This document shows, in pieces, positions 53,068 to 62,449 of a stretch of DNA of 64,000 bases. The notes beneath the pieces are model-generated. The model was not told the origin of the DNA, ran no database searches, and was given only the letters and a program-made list of their open reading frames with translations. Each line of letters starts with the position of its first letter. Positions within the stretch are counted from its first letter, which is position 1. This DNA is from an uncultured bacterium (GTDB taxonomy: Bacteria; SAR324; NAC60-12), in the NCBI GenBank assembly GCA_965662235.1, contig CBFIGY010000001.1, positions 32,001-96,000 of the forward strand, written 5' to 3'. The position numbers and the translations under genes were made by a program.

Positions 53068-54144
53068 ATGATCTACCGAGAATCTGGACAGTTCAAATCC
53101 AGCTACAGTGATGACCAGGCGATCTTTCCGATCTTTCAGGACCGGGTCTTCCTCAGCCTGATGGCGGTGCTTGCCGTGGCCGGAGTGCCGATGCTGATTG
53201 ATGACTACTGGGCCAATGCCGTCTTCATTCCTCTGCTGGTCTTCACGCTTGCGGCCATTGGCCTCAACATCCTCACCGGATACTGCGGTCAGCTCAGCCT
53301 GGGCACCGGCGCCTTCATGGCGGTTGGCGCCTATGCGACCTACAAGCTGATGACGGCCTTTCCGGACATGAATTTCATTCTCATCGTCATCCTCTCTGGA
53401 TTTGTCACTGCCGGTGTTGGAGTGCTCTTTGGGTTGCCTTCGTTGCGCATCAAGGGCTTCTACCTGGCTGTGGCCACACTCGCGGCTCAGTTCTTCTTAG
53501 TGTGGCTGTTCAACAAGGTGGGCTGGTTCTTCAACTACAACGCCACCGGTCAGATTAATGCCACCCGGATGGAAGTCTTTGGCATACAGATCACCGGACC
53601 TGAAGCCACCCCGGAGGCACGGTACCTCTTCTGCCTGTTCTTTGCGCTCGTCTTTGCGCTGGTCGCCAAGAACCTTGTCCGGGGCCGCATTGGTCGTTCC
53701 TGGATGGCCATCCGGGACATGGACATTGCCGCGGAGTTGATCGGCATCCGCCCACTGCATACCAAGCTGTCCGCCTTTGCCGTCAGCTCCTTTTACGTCG
53801 GCATGGCGGGGTCGCTGTACTTTTCGGTCTGGTTGGGTGCTGCTGAGGTCACAGAAGCCTTCAGCATCAACCAATCCTTCTATGTCCTCTTCATGATCAT
53901 CATCGGTGGACTGGGAACCGTGCTGGGCTCCTTCCTCGGAGCCGCCTTCATGGTCCTCATGCCCATTTTGCTGAAAAACTTCCTTGTCGGTGGCATTGGC
54001 GTGGAGGTTGTGACCGCAAAGCACGTTGAGATCATGGTCATGGGCATCTTGATTGTCACCTTCTTGATCGTCGAGCCTCACGGACTTGCGCGGCTCTGGC
54101 AGATCATGAAAGAAAAGCTTCGCCTCTGGCCGTTTCCCTACTGA
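53068..54144 (+). CDS. ABC transporter permease (LivM-like)
   Basis: GLNILTGYCGQLSLG, LRIKGFYLAVATLA, GRSWMAIRD, IIGGLG. Confidence 0.92.
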   Translation: MIYRESGQFKSSYSDDQAIFPIFQDRVFLSLMAVLAVAGVPMLIDDYWANAVFIPLLVFTLAAIGLNILTGYCGQLSLGTGAFMAVGAYATYKLMTAFPDMNFILIVILSGFVTAGVGVLFGLPSLRIKGFYLAVATLAAQFFLVWLFNKVGWFFNYNATGQINATRMEVFGIQITGPEATPEARYLFCLFFALVFALVAKNLVRGRIGRSWMAIRDMDIAAELIGIRPLHTKLSAFAVSSFYVGMAGSLYFSVWLGAAEVTEAFSINQSFYVLFMIIIGGLGTVLGSFLGAAFMVLMPILLKNFLVGGIGVEVVTAKHVEIMVMGILIVTFLIVEPHGLARLWQIMKEKLRLWPFPY

Positions 54145-54187
54145 GGGAGCGGGAGGGGAAGCGCAACCTTCCTTAGGAGAGAAAACC

Positions 54188-55510
54188 ATGAACCTGAAGC
54201 AGCGATTCCTGCGGGTTGCTCTGGCGACGGTCGCCCTGCCGCTTACGCTGGTAAGTGCCCACGCCTACGAGCTGGTGGTCCCGAGCCTCGACTACCGTAC
54301 CGGTCCGTATGCCCCGAATGGCATTCCGGTCGCCAATGGCTTTGCCGACTACTTCACGCTCCTCAATGAGCGAGACGGTGGCATCAACGGGGTGCCCGTC
54401 AAGTTGGTCCCCTGCGAAACCGCCTACAACACCCAGCAAGGGGTGGAGTGCTACGAAAACACCAAGAACACCCCTCCGTCCGGAGCGTTGGTGTACAACC
54501 CCCTCTCCACTGGAATCACCTATCAGCTGATTCCCAAAGCGAGCGTGGACCAAATCCCCGTCCTTTCCCTTGGATACGGACGCACCTCTGCTGCCAACGG
54601 GAAGGTCTTCCCCTGGGTCTTCAACTTCCCCGGCACCTACTGGGACGGCGCCTCCATCTTCATCAAGTACATTGGTGAAAAAGAAGGCGGCATGAACAAC
54701 CTCCGCGGCAAGAAGATCGCGCTGGTCTACCACAACTCCGCCTACGGGAAGGAGCCCATCCGGACTCTGGAAGCCCTGGCCAGCAAGCACGGCTTTGAGC
54801 TGCAACTGCTGCCGGTGGATCACCCTGGACAGGAGCAGAAGGCCACGTGGCTGCAGGTCCGTCGTGGACGCCCGGACTGGGTCCTGATGTGGGGCTGGGG
54901 CGTGATGAACCAGGTGGCCATCAAGGAAGCCGCCTCCGTTCGCTTCCCCATGGACCGCTTCATCGGCATCTGGTGGTCCGGATCCGAGAATGACGTTCTG
55001 CCCGCTGGTGCAGACGCAGACGGCTACCTCTCCGGAGCCTTCACCGCGCCGCGCCGCGACTTCCCGCTCTTCGATGAAATCCGAACCCTCGTCTATGACA
55101 CGGGCAAGGGCGCGGGTGAGCGAGACCGCATCGGTGAGGTCCTCTACGGACGAGGCGTCCTGCAGGCGGTCTATGTCGCTGAGGCCATCCGCAAGGCCAT
55201 GGAAATCCACGGCACCAAGGAGATCCGCGGCACCCACATGCGTGATGGTCTGGAGCAACTTTCCATCTCCGCAGCACGCTGGACGGAGCTGGGGCTGAAA
55301 GGCTTCGCTTCTCCCGTCAGCATCTCCTGCGCCAACCATGCGGGTCCGCGGGAAGCCGCTGTGCAGCAGTGGGATGCCAAGGCACAGCAGTGGAACCTGG
55401 TGACGGAGTTCATGACGCCAGACCTTGCTGTGGTTGATCCGCTGATTGAGCAGGACTCCATGGCGTATGCCAACGAAAATGGCATCGCGCCCAAGAGCAA
55501 CTGCATGTAA
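54188..55510 (+). CDS. ABC transporter substrate-binding protein (Leu/Ile/Val-binding fold)
   Basis: Signal peptide, YRTGPYA, RDGGING, YGKE, WGWGVM; operon context. Confidence 0.9.
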   Translation: MNLKQRFLRVALATVALPLTLVSAHAYELVVPSLDYRTGPYAPNGIPVANGFADYFTLLNERDGGINGVPVKLVPCETAYNTQQGVECYENTKNTPPSGALVYNPLSTGITYQLIPKASVDQIPVLSLGYGRTSAANGKVFPWVFNFPGTYWDGASIFIKYIGEKEGGMNNLRGKKIALVYHNSAYGKEPIRTLEALASKHGFELQLLPVDHPGQEQKATWLQVRRGRPDWVLMWGWGVMNQVAIKEAASVRFPMDRFIGIWWSGSENDVLPAGADADGYLSGAFTAPRRDFPLFDEIRTLVYDTGKGAGERDRIGEVLYGRGVLQAVYVAEAIRKAMEIHGTKEIRGTHMRDGLEQLSISAARWTELGLKGFASPVSISCANHAGPREAAVQQWDAKAQQWNLVTEFMTPDLAVVDPLIEQDSMAYANENGIAPKSNCM

Positions 55511-55517
55511 CCCCGTC

Positions 55518-55537
55518 TCGGAGCCTCCGGGCTCCGA
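55518..55537 (+). other. Intercistronic stem-loop after the binding-protein gene
   Basis: TCGGAGCC-TCCG-GGCTCCGA, at a typical position for an mRNA-stabilising hairpin. Confidence 0.5.
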
Positions 55538-55561
55538 AACACCTCCGAAGCCAATGAGCCC

Positions 55562-56389
55562 ATGAGTGCTGCTCCCCAAGCCGCGACGTCGACCCTGCTC
55601 TCGGTGAACAACATCGAGGTCATCTACAACCACGTCATCCTGGTCCTCAAGGGGGTCTCCTTAGAGGTCCCTCAGGGAAGCATTGTTGCGCTCTTGGGCG
55701 CCAACGGCGCCGGAAAGACCACCACCCTCAAGGCCATCTCCAACCTGCTCCGTGCGGAACGGGGGGAGGTCACCAAGGGGTCCATTGAGTTTGAGGGCAG
55801 CCGCGTGGATGCCCTCACACCCAATGACCTGGTCCGGCGAGGCTGCATTCAGGTCATGGAGGGGCGGCACGTGTTCGGGCACCTGACCACTGAAGAGAAC
55901 CTGCTCACCGGTGCCTACACCCGTCGTGACGGACGAGGTGCCATTGCGCAGGACCTTGAGATGGTCTACGACTACTTCCCACGCCTCCGGGTCCGCCGCT
56001 CGTCTCAAGCCGGATACACCTCTGGAGGAGAGCAGCAGATGATCGCAATTGGACGGGCCCTGATGTCCCGGCCCAAGATGATTCTGCTGGATGAGCCGTC
56101 AATGGGGTTGGCTCCTCAGCTGGTTGAGGAAATCTTTGAGATTGTGAAGAGTCTCAATGAGAAGGAGGGGGTCAGCTTTCTTCTGGCAGAGCAGAACACG
56201 AACATTGCCCTGCGGTACTCCACCTACGGCTACATCCTCGAAAATGGCCGCGTGGTCATGGATGGGGAAGGCGCCCACCTGAGGGAGAATGATGACGTTA
56301 AAGAGTTTTATCTGGGAGTGAGCGGCGACGGTCGCAAGAGCTTCCGGGATGTGAAACACTACCGACGCCGCAAGCGCTGGCTCGGTTAG
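55562..56389 (+). CDS. ABC transporter ATP-binding protein (LivF-like)
   Basis: GANGAGKTT, SGGEQQM, LLDEPSMGLAP, AEQN. Confidence 0.92.
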   Translation: MSAAPQAATSTLLSVNNIEVIYNHVILVLKGVSLEVPQGSIVALLGANGAGKTTTLKAISNLLRAERGEVTKGSIEFEGSRVDALTPNDLVRRGCIQVMEGRHVFGHLTTEENLLTGAYTRRDGRGAIAQDLEMVYDYFPRLRVRRSSQAGYTSGGEQQMIAIGRALMSRPKMILLDEPSMGLAPQLVEEIFEIVKSLNEKEGVSFLLAEQNTNIALRYSTYGYILENGRVVMDGEGAHLRENDDVKEFYLGVSGDGRKSFRDVKHYRRRKRWLG

Positions 56390-57156
56390 GCCGCCTGCCG
56401 AACCGTCAGTTCCGCCTCTAGGTCATTCCAGAAGCGCAACCGTGCTTCCAGTGCCCGTTGGGCCGCCCGCTGGGCTTCCTGCCACTTCCATTCATCAGCC
56501 CCACACACCCGCTTCAGCATCGCCTGCGCCATCGGCCCATGCCGTTCTTCGTCGTGGTGAATGTGCTCATCTAGGTAATGCCGAAAGAGTCCCCAGCGTT
56601 CCGGATTCGACTCGGCCAGCTGCCCAACCAGCTTCTGGAACATTCCCGGAATGATGTCTTCCCGTCCAAAGGCGAAGGCAGCAACGGCCTCATGCAGCTT
56701 TCCCCCTGCAATGATCTCAAAGGTTGTCCGCATGAACGCGACTGCGCCAACCGGAAGGTCCTGCTGATCCAGCAACTCGAGAATCGGAGTCCCTGAAGCC
56801 ACCTGCGCCAGGAAGGCGTCAATGGGCGCACAGTCGGCCCCGGCCTTGCGCATCGCGTCCCGGTACAGCTCAAAGTGCGAGGCATACCCGCCTTCCGGAT
56901 GAGGCGCGCTCTCCTCATCCAGCACAATTTCGTTGATCAGGCGACGGGCCTCCGTATCCGCTGTCGGTTGCCACGGCACTGTCACTCCGGTCAGCTGCAT
57001 CTGCAACGCCTTCAGCAGAGACTGGAAGTCCCACACGGAAAACACGTGGGAGCGCATGAAGTGCTGAAGCTGAGCTTCGTTGGTGACGGTCTGGTAAACG
57101 GGGTGCTCAAACAGCTGCGCCTTTACGGCATTCAGGTCTAGGTCCATTGCGGTCAC
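56386..57156 (-). CDS. DUF3050 heme-oxygenase-like protein
   Basis: FMRSHVFSVWDF.SLLKALQ, RRLINEIVLDEES, SHFELY, FAFGRED.IP, H...D...HGP. Confidence 0.85.
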   Translation of the reverse strand: MTAMDLDLNAVKAQLFEHPVYQTVTNEAQLQHFMRSHVFSVWDFQSLLKALQMQLTGVTVPWQPTADTEARRLINEIVLDEESAPHPEGGYASHFELYRDAMRKAGADCAPIDAFLAQVASGTPILELLDQQDLPVGAVAFMRTTFEIIAGGKLHEAVAAFAFGREDIIPGMFQKLVGQLAESNPERWGLFRHYLDEHIHHDEERHGPMAQAMLKRVCGADEWKWQEAQRAAQRALEARLRFWNDLEAELTVRQAA

Positions 57157-57920
57157 GTTCCATCAAGAGAGGCAAGAAAGGCATCAATTTCATGCAGAAC
57201 CACGTCTGCAACACTCTCCAGCAGTAAAACATGCCCTGCTTCGGGAAACCAGCGAATCTGCTTCATTCCAGAGGAGACCCGTTGCAGGAGCTTTGCTGCA
57301 AACGCAGGGGCCACGGTGGTGTCCTGCCCGCCTTGGAAGACCAGCAGGGGCTGCTGAAGCCGGGGCAGGTTTCCCCAAACCTCTCCCTGCAGGCGAACCA
57401 ACTCACAGCCCGCCCGGAGGGGATTCACCGCATACCCTTGCCATCCAGACTCCTCCTTGCTGGACGCCTGCTTCGGAACCGACTCCACAAAAGGCGCCGC
57501 CGCAAACATCAGCCCCTGCTCCCACCAGGGACGAGCGAGCCGTAACGCGGGCGCCAGCACAACCACAGCCCGGATCTCCGGATGCCGGGTCGCCAGGTCC
57601 AGCGACAGCAACCCACCGGCGGACTCACCGATCAGAATCACGTGGTCGCACTGGGCCCGCAGAGCGTCATATTCACGCTGCACCGCCTGCTGCCAGTCTC
57701 GTCGGGTGGTCCGGTTCAGGTCTGCAGGCGTGGTGCCGTGTCCTGGAAGCAAGGGGCCACGGACGCTCCAGCCCTGCTGGTGCAGGTGTTCTGCAAGGGC
57801 CCGGACCTCTACTGGGGTCGCCGTCAGTCCATGCAGCAGCAGAGCCCCCTGGCGCCCGCCTTCCAACACAATGGGGCGGCCGTCCAGTTCCGGGTGAATG
57901 AGGGAGGAATGGTGTGTCAC
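57153..57920 (-). CDS. Alpha/beta-hydrolase (carboxylesterase-like)
   Basis: LLHGLT, LPGHG, GESAGG nucleophile elbow, QGGQD, AGH. Confidence 0.88.
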   Translation of the reverse strand: MTHHSSLIHPELDGRPIVLEGGRQGALLLHGLTATPVEVRALAEHLHQQGWSVRGPLLPGHGTTPADLNRTTRRDWQQAVQREYDALRAQCDHVILIGESAGGLLSLDLATRHPEIRAVVVLAPALRLARPWWEQGLMFAAAPFVESVPKQASSKEESGWQGYAVNPLRAGCELVRLQGEVWGNLPRLQQPLLVFQGGQDTTVAPAFAAKLLQRVSSGMKQIRWFPEAGHVLLLESVADVVLHEIDAFLASLDGT

Positions 57921-57935
57921 AGGTTTCCGTTTTGG

Positions 57936-58118
57936 CTAACGTGACCCCAACCAGGTCACCAGAGCAACCAGTCCCAACAGGCAAAGCCCAATCCCCAGCG
58001 AAACGACGCTGATGGCAAATTCGGCACTGTCGGGGTCTGTTACAAAAAGCAGGATGAAGGAGGTTCCGGCCACAAACCATCCGGCTCGAAAGAAGGCCTT
58101 CAGGAGGTCAGGGGCCAT
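57936..58118 (-). CDS. Small two-TM membrane protein (60 aa)
   Basis: MAPDLLKAFF...; two hydrophobic helices; start overlaps the oppF stop. Confidence 0.55.
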   Translation of the reverse strand: MAPDLLKAFFRAGWFVAGTSFILLFVTDPDSAEFAISVVSLGIGLCLLGLVALVTWLGSR

Positions 58119-59133
58119 CGTCTTGAGGAGGAGAGGCAAACCGCTGCAGGGCCTGTCCACGGAGCAGGGGCGCACACGCAACCTGCACCTGGTGCCCCGG
58201 AGGCGCCGCCAGCTGCGGAACGTCCTGATCGCACACCCCGGGAACGTACCACGGGCAACGCGGATGGAAGGTGCATCCGGACGGCAGCTCCGTGAGTCGT
58301 GGAATGTCCTCGCTCCGGAGCCGGATGTGCTGCTTGTTCCGGGTCTTCTCTGGGTCCGGTTCCGGAATTGCCGAAAGGAGGACCTGGGTGTAGGGGTGCT
58401 GCGGTTGCGCGATCAGTTCCGGAGTTGCCCCCACCTCCACAATCCGTCCCAGGTACATGACCGCAATCTGCCCTTCCCAGGCAAAGTACTTGGCCAGGGC
58501 CAGGTCATGAGTGATGAAAACAATGGTCACCCCCAGCTCATCCCGAAGCCGCATCATCATCTGCAACAGGCCAATCCGGATCGAAACGTCCACCATGCTG
58601 ACCGACTCATCGGCCACAATCAGCGAGGGATTGGTCGTGAGCGCCCGAGCAATGCTGACCCGCTGACGCTGGCCACCACTGAGCTGGTAAGGGTACTTGT
58701 CAATCACATCAGCCACCGGGGTCAGGTCCACCAGCTCCAGCAGCTCCGCGACCCGGTCTCGCGCCGCTTGACGGTTCCGGACCAGCTTGTGGTGCAGCAG
58801 GGGAAAGCTGAGGATCTGGAAAATCGTGTGCACCGGATTCAGGGACGCATAAGGGTCCTGATGAATGATCTGCACCGAGCGACGGTACTCCTTCAGGGCT
58901 GCTGGACTGAGGGTCGTCACGTCTTCTCCCTGAAAGTAGATCTGCCCTTCTGATGGAGGCAGCAGTCCAGCCAAGATCTTGCCGGTGGTCGTCTTGCCGC
59001 AGCCACTTTCCCCGACTAGGCAGAGGAACTTCAGTGGGTTGACCTCCAGCGAGACCTCCTGCAGCACCGGAACCAGCACCTTCCCCTTGCGGAAGGAGCG
59101 AGACACCTTTTCCAGACGCATCAGAGCCGTCAT
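58108..59133 (-). CDS. Opp/Dpp-family ABC ATP-binding protein (OppF-like)
   Basis: GESGCGKTT, QDPYASLNP, LSGGQRQR, ITHDL, HPYT, GCTFHPRC. Confidence 0.92.
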   Translation of the reverse strand: MTALMRLEKVSRSFRKGKVLVPVLQEVSLEVNPLKFLCLVGESGCGKTTTGKILAGLLPPSEGQIYFQGEDVTTLSPAALKEYRRSVQIIHQDPYASLNPVHTIFQILSFPLLHHKLVRNRQAARDRVAELLELVDLTPVADVIDKYPYQLSGGQRQRVSIARALTTNPSLIVADESVSMVDVSIRIGLLQMMMRLRDELGVTIVFITHDLALAKYFAWEGQIAVMYLGRIVEVGATPELIAQPQHPYTQVLLSAIPEPDPEKTRNKQHIRLRSEDIPRLTELPSGCTFHPRCPWYVPGVCDQDVPQLAAPPGHQVQVACAPLLRGQALQRFASPPQDDGP

Positions 59134-60143
59134 GCCGACTCCTTCTGTGCCTGCTTCACCGCTTCCGGATGCCAGCAGGCGACCTGATGTTGGGCCCGTT
59201 GCTGAAGCACGGGAGCCTCACGGTGACAGCGCTCGGACGCAAAGGCGCAGCGTGGGTGAAACTTGCACCCCGGAGGCGGGTCGATCAGGTTTGGGGGCGA
59301 TCCCTTGATGCTGAACAGCTCGTCCTTCCCCGGATCTAGCTTCGGAACCGACGACAGCAGCCCATAGGTGTACGGGTGCTGCGACCGGTAGAACAGTTCA
59401 TGAACGCCGCCTATCTCCACGATCTCTCCTGCATACATGGTCGCAACCGTGTCTGCCATCTCAGCGGCTAGGGAAAGGTCGTGGCTGATGAAGATGATGC
59501 TGAACTGCAGCATCCGTTGCATCTCCCGGAGCACCTCAATCAGCGCCCGCTGCGTCAGAATATCCAAGGCTGTGGTCGGTTCATCCAGAATGACAATCTG
59601 TGGCTGCAGCAGCACCCCCAGCGCCAGCAGGGTCCGTTGCTTCATGCCTCCGCTCAGCTCATGAGGGTACGACTCATACACCCGCTCAGGATCCAGCCGC
59701 ACCAGCTCCAGGAGCCGCAGGGACCGCTTCCGGATCTCCTTGCGGTCCGTCCAGCCATGCGCCTGAGCAGTGTCTTCAAAGTGCTGGGCCACGGTGAGGA
59801 CCGGATTGAACGCATTCTGAGCGCCTTGAAACACCATGGAACAGGCCTGCCAGCGGAAGCTCCGGAGCTGACGGGCACTCAGCTTGAGGACCTCCTGGAG
59901 GTTCTGCTGGTGCTGATGCCGGATGGAGCCTGCCAGGATCTGAGCGTTCTGTGGCAGCTTGCGGATGAGGGAAAGGCTCACCGTTGTCTTGCCGCTTCCA
60001 CTCTCACCAATCAGCGCCAGGGCTTCATTCTGGTGCAGCCGGAAGGACACGTTGTTGGTCGCCAGCACGTTTCCGCGTTCCGCCTGATAGATGATGGAAA
60101 GGGCCTCAACGTCGAGCACGACATTTTCCGGAAGAGCCGACAT
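59130..60143 (-). CDS. Opp/Dpp-family ABC ATP-binding protein (OppD-like)
   Basis: GESGSGKTT, YPHELSGGMKQR, DEPTTALD, HPYT, GCKFHPRC. Confidence 0.92.
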   Translation of the reverse strand: MSALPENVVLDVEALSIIYQAERGNVLATNNVSFRLHQNEALALIGESGSGKTTVSLSLIRKLPQNAQILAGSIRHQHQQNLQEVLKLSARQLRSFRWQACSMVFQGAQNAFNPVLTVAQHFEDTAQAHGWTDRKEIRKRSLRLLELVRLDPERVYESYPHELSGGMKQRTLLALGVLLQPQIVILDEPTTALDILTQRALIEVLREMQRMLQFSIIFISHDLSLAAEMADTVATMYAGEIVEIGGVHELFYRSQHPYTYGLLSSVPKLDPGKDELFSIKGSPPNLIDPPPGCKFHPRCAFASERCHREAPVLQQRAQHQVACWHPEAVKQAQKESA

Positions 60144-60146
60144 GGG

Positions 60147-61355
60147 TTACTTGCCTCGAAGACGGGGGTCAAACAGTTCTTCCAGCGCTCGTGCAAACAG
60201 CACCAGGCACACCTGAAACAGCGCAATCGCCAGCACCGGAGAAAGCGCCATGCTGATGCCATCGGGATTGAACAGCGTCCCCCGCGTGCGTCCAAAGAAG
60301 AGCATGATGCCCCAGGTGTAGTCGTTGATCGGAGCCAGCCCCAGCACCACCAAGCCAATCTGCTCATACATCGCCGAGGTGATCGCAAAGATCAGGTTGA
60401 TGGCCACAAAGCTGATCATGTTGGGGAGGATCTCCCGGAACATGATGTGCGGGGTGCCGAGTCCCAGCGAACGTGCCGCTTCCACAAAGTCTCGTTCTCG
60501 GAGACTCAGGACCTGCGCCCGAATGGCACGCATCAGCGCCGGCCACCCCAAGAGCCCAATCAACACCCCCAGCAGCAGCGTGTTCTCAAACGAAATCAAC
60601 CCGGCCAGCACCACCAGCAACGGAAACCGTGGGATCGCCAAAAACAGGTTCGTCAGCGCCGTCAGCGACTGATCCACCATGCCTCCGAACAGCGCTGCCA
60701 GCGACCCCAAACACACCGCCAGTACCGTGGAGAGAATCCCCCCCAGCAGCGCCGTCAGGATGAGAACCCGTCCTCCGTGGACGATGTGAGACGCAATGTC
60801 CCGTCCCTGCGTGTCTGTTCCCAGCAGCGACACCGGCCCCAAGGTGGGATTGGAGATCACCACGTTTTCCTGAATCAGCTGCTGAAATTCCGGATCCTCC
60901 GCCTGCTGCACCGCCTCTTCCCACGCCTGGGAGAAGATCAGCGTGGCAGCAATCTTCTGGTTGGCCACATCCTTCAGTGCAGCCTCAATTCCGGGCCCAG
61001 AGATGCGACTCCGCCAGCGGTAACGTTTGGCCTTCGGTGGAGTGTCGGTTGTTTCCTGATACGCCTCTAGGAAGAGCTTTCCCCCGGTTTGACTAACAAC
61101 GCCAACGGTTTCTCCTGCGAGGTCCTCTAGGGTCCGGAAGCGTTCCGCATGGTCTCGATGCACCGCAAGCTGCAACCGTGCGCCCGGAGGCGCAGTGATC
61201 TCATCCAGCTTGGGTTGGTCATCAAACGGGACAAAGTAGGGCAGGATGAAGGTGAGGATGAAGTAGGCCACCAAACCCAGCAGACCAATGAAGCCCGCAC
61301 GGTTGGCCCGGATCTGCTGAAAGAGGACGAGGAATCGACGGAGTCCGGATGACAC
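60147..61355 (-). CDS. Opp-family permease (OppC-like) with an inserted extracytoplasmic domain of about 110 aa
   Basis: LLGTDTQGRDI, EAA loop (ERDFVEAARSLG), ILPN; extra domain between APP and LLGTD. Confidence 0.9.
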   Translation of the reverse strand: MSSGLRRFLVLFQQIRANRAGFIGLLGLVAYFILTFILPYFVPFDDQPKLDEITAPPGARLQLAVHRDHAERFRTLEDLAGETVGVVSQTGGKLFLEAYQETTDTPPKAKRYRWRSRISGPGIEAALKDVANQKIAATLIFSQAWEEAVQQAEDPEFQQLIQENVVISNPTLGPVSLLGTDTQGRDIASHIVHGGRVLILTALLGGILSTVLAVCLGSLAALFGGMVDQSLTALTNLFLAIPRFPLLVVLAGLISFENTLLLGVLIGLLGWPALMRAIRAQVLSLRERDFVEAARSLGLGTPHIMFREILPNMISFVAINLIFAITSAMYEQIGLVVLGLAPINDYTWGIMLFFGRTRGTLFNPDGISMALSPVLAIALFQVCLVLFARALEELFDPRLRGK

Positions 61356-61357
61356 GA

Positions 61358-62380
61358 TTACCGCTCTCCTGAAACACGAACCCGCGGATCCAGCAGGCCA
61401 TAGGTGAGGTCGGCCAGCACATTGGCCAGCACCACCGTCATCGTCAAAATAAGAAACACTCCCTGCATCGAGGTGTAGTCCCGGACCGTGATCGACTGGA
61501 AGAGGTAGTGCCCGAGGCCCCAGTAAACAAAAATTTCCTCAATCACCACGCCACTTCCCAAGACAAAGCCGATGCTGATCGTAAGCTGCGTGAAGAGGGG
61601 CAGCGCGGCATTGCGTCCCACATAGGCGGTAATGATGCGGGAGTCCCGCAGTCCCCGGGCTTCAGCAACGTTGACGTAGTCCTCATTGAGCACCCCCATG
61701 GTGCTGCTCTTCATGTTGAGCATCCACCCGCCCAAGGCGCTGACGACGTAGGTGATGATCGGCAGCAGGGCGTGCTGAAAGGCACTGATGAGGAAAGGCA
61801 GGTTCAGCCCCGGCTCCAGGCCTGGATCGTAGGTTCCTCGAACCGCCCCCACGTTGAACCACCGGAACTGCACCCCCAGCACAATCACAATCAACAGGCC
61901 CCAGATGTAGTTCGGGATGCCGGTCATGAAGGAGGCAAACAGCGACAGCAAGTAGTCGAGGGAGGAGTTTCGGTAGTAGGCCATCACCATGCCCAGCAAG
62001 ATGCCAAGGACAAAGCTGAAGAGCAGCCCCGTGCCCACCGCAAACACCGTCCAGGGCAAAAACCGGATGATCTCATCAGAAACCTTGGTTCCGGGAGACG
62101 TGATCGAGGTCCCTAGGTCCAGTCGTGCCAGGTCTCCCAGCCACCCTAGGTACTGATCCATCACCGACGCATCCGGATCGAGGTCAAAGCTTGCCGCCAC
62201 CCGGTCATAGGCTTCCGAGTAAGCAATTCCCTCATTGGTGAGGATCTGCTCCACCAGGATCTCAATCGGATTCCCAGGCATCAACCGGACCAGCACAAAC
62301 GTGAAGGTCGTCACCGCCCAAATGGTAAACACCGCTTGAACGAGGACCCGGAAGGTGTAGCTCTTGAGCAACGTGGGCAT
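61358..62380 (-). CDS. Opp-family permease (OppB-like)
   Basis: RLMPGNP, DLGTS, LPWT, EDYV..AEARGL, RNAALP, LLDPRVR. Confidence 0.92.
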   Translation of the reverse strand: MPTLLKSYTFRVLVQAVFTIWAVTTFTFVLVRLMPGNPIEILVEQILTNEGIAYSEAYDRVAASFDLDPDASVMDQYLGWLGDLARLDLGTSITSPGTKVSDEIIRFLPWTVFAVGTGLLFSFVLGILLGMVMAYYRNSSLDYLLSLFASFMTGIPNYIWGLLIVIVLGVQFRWFNVGAVRGTYDPGLEPGLNLPFLISAFQHALLPIITYVVSALGGWMLNMKSSTMGVLNEDYVNVAEARGLRDSRIITAYVGRNAALPLFTQLTISIGFVLGSGVVIEEIFVYWGLGHYLFQSITVRDYTSMQGVFLILTMTVVLANVLADLTYGLLDPRVRVSGER

Positions 62381-62449
62381 GCAGTCGGATCAACCGAGTG
62401 AGGTGGGAAGGAGGGCGTCAGGGCCAGAAGGACTCCGGCCCCTCTGAGC

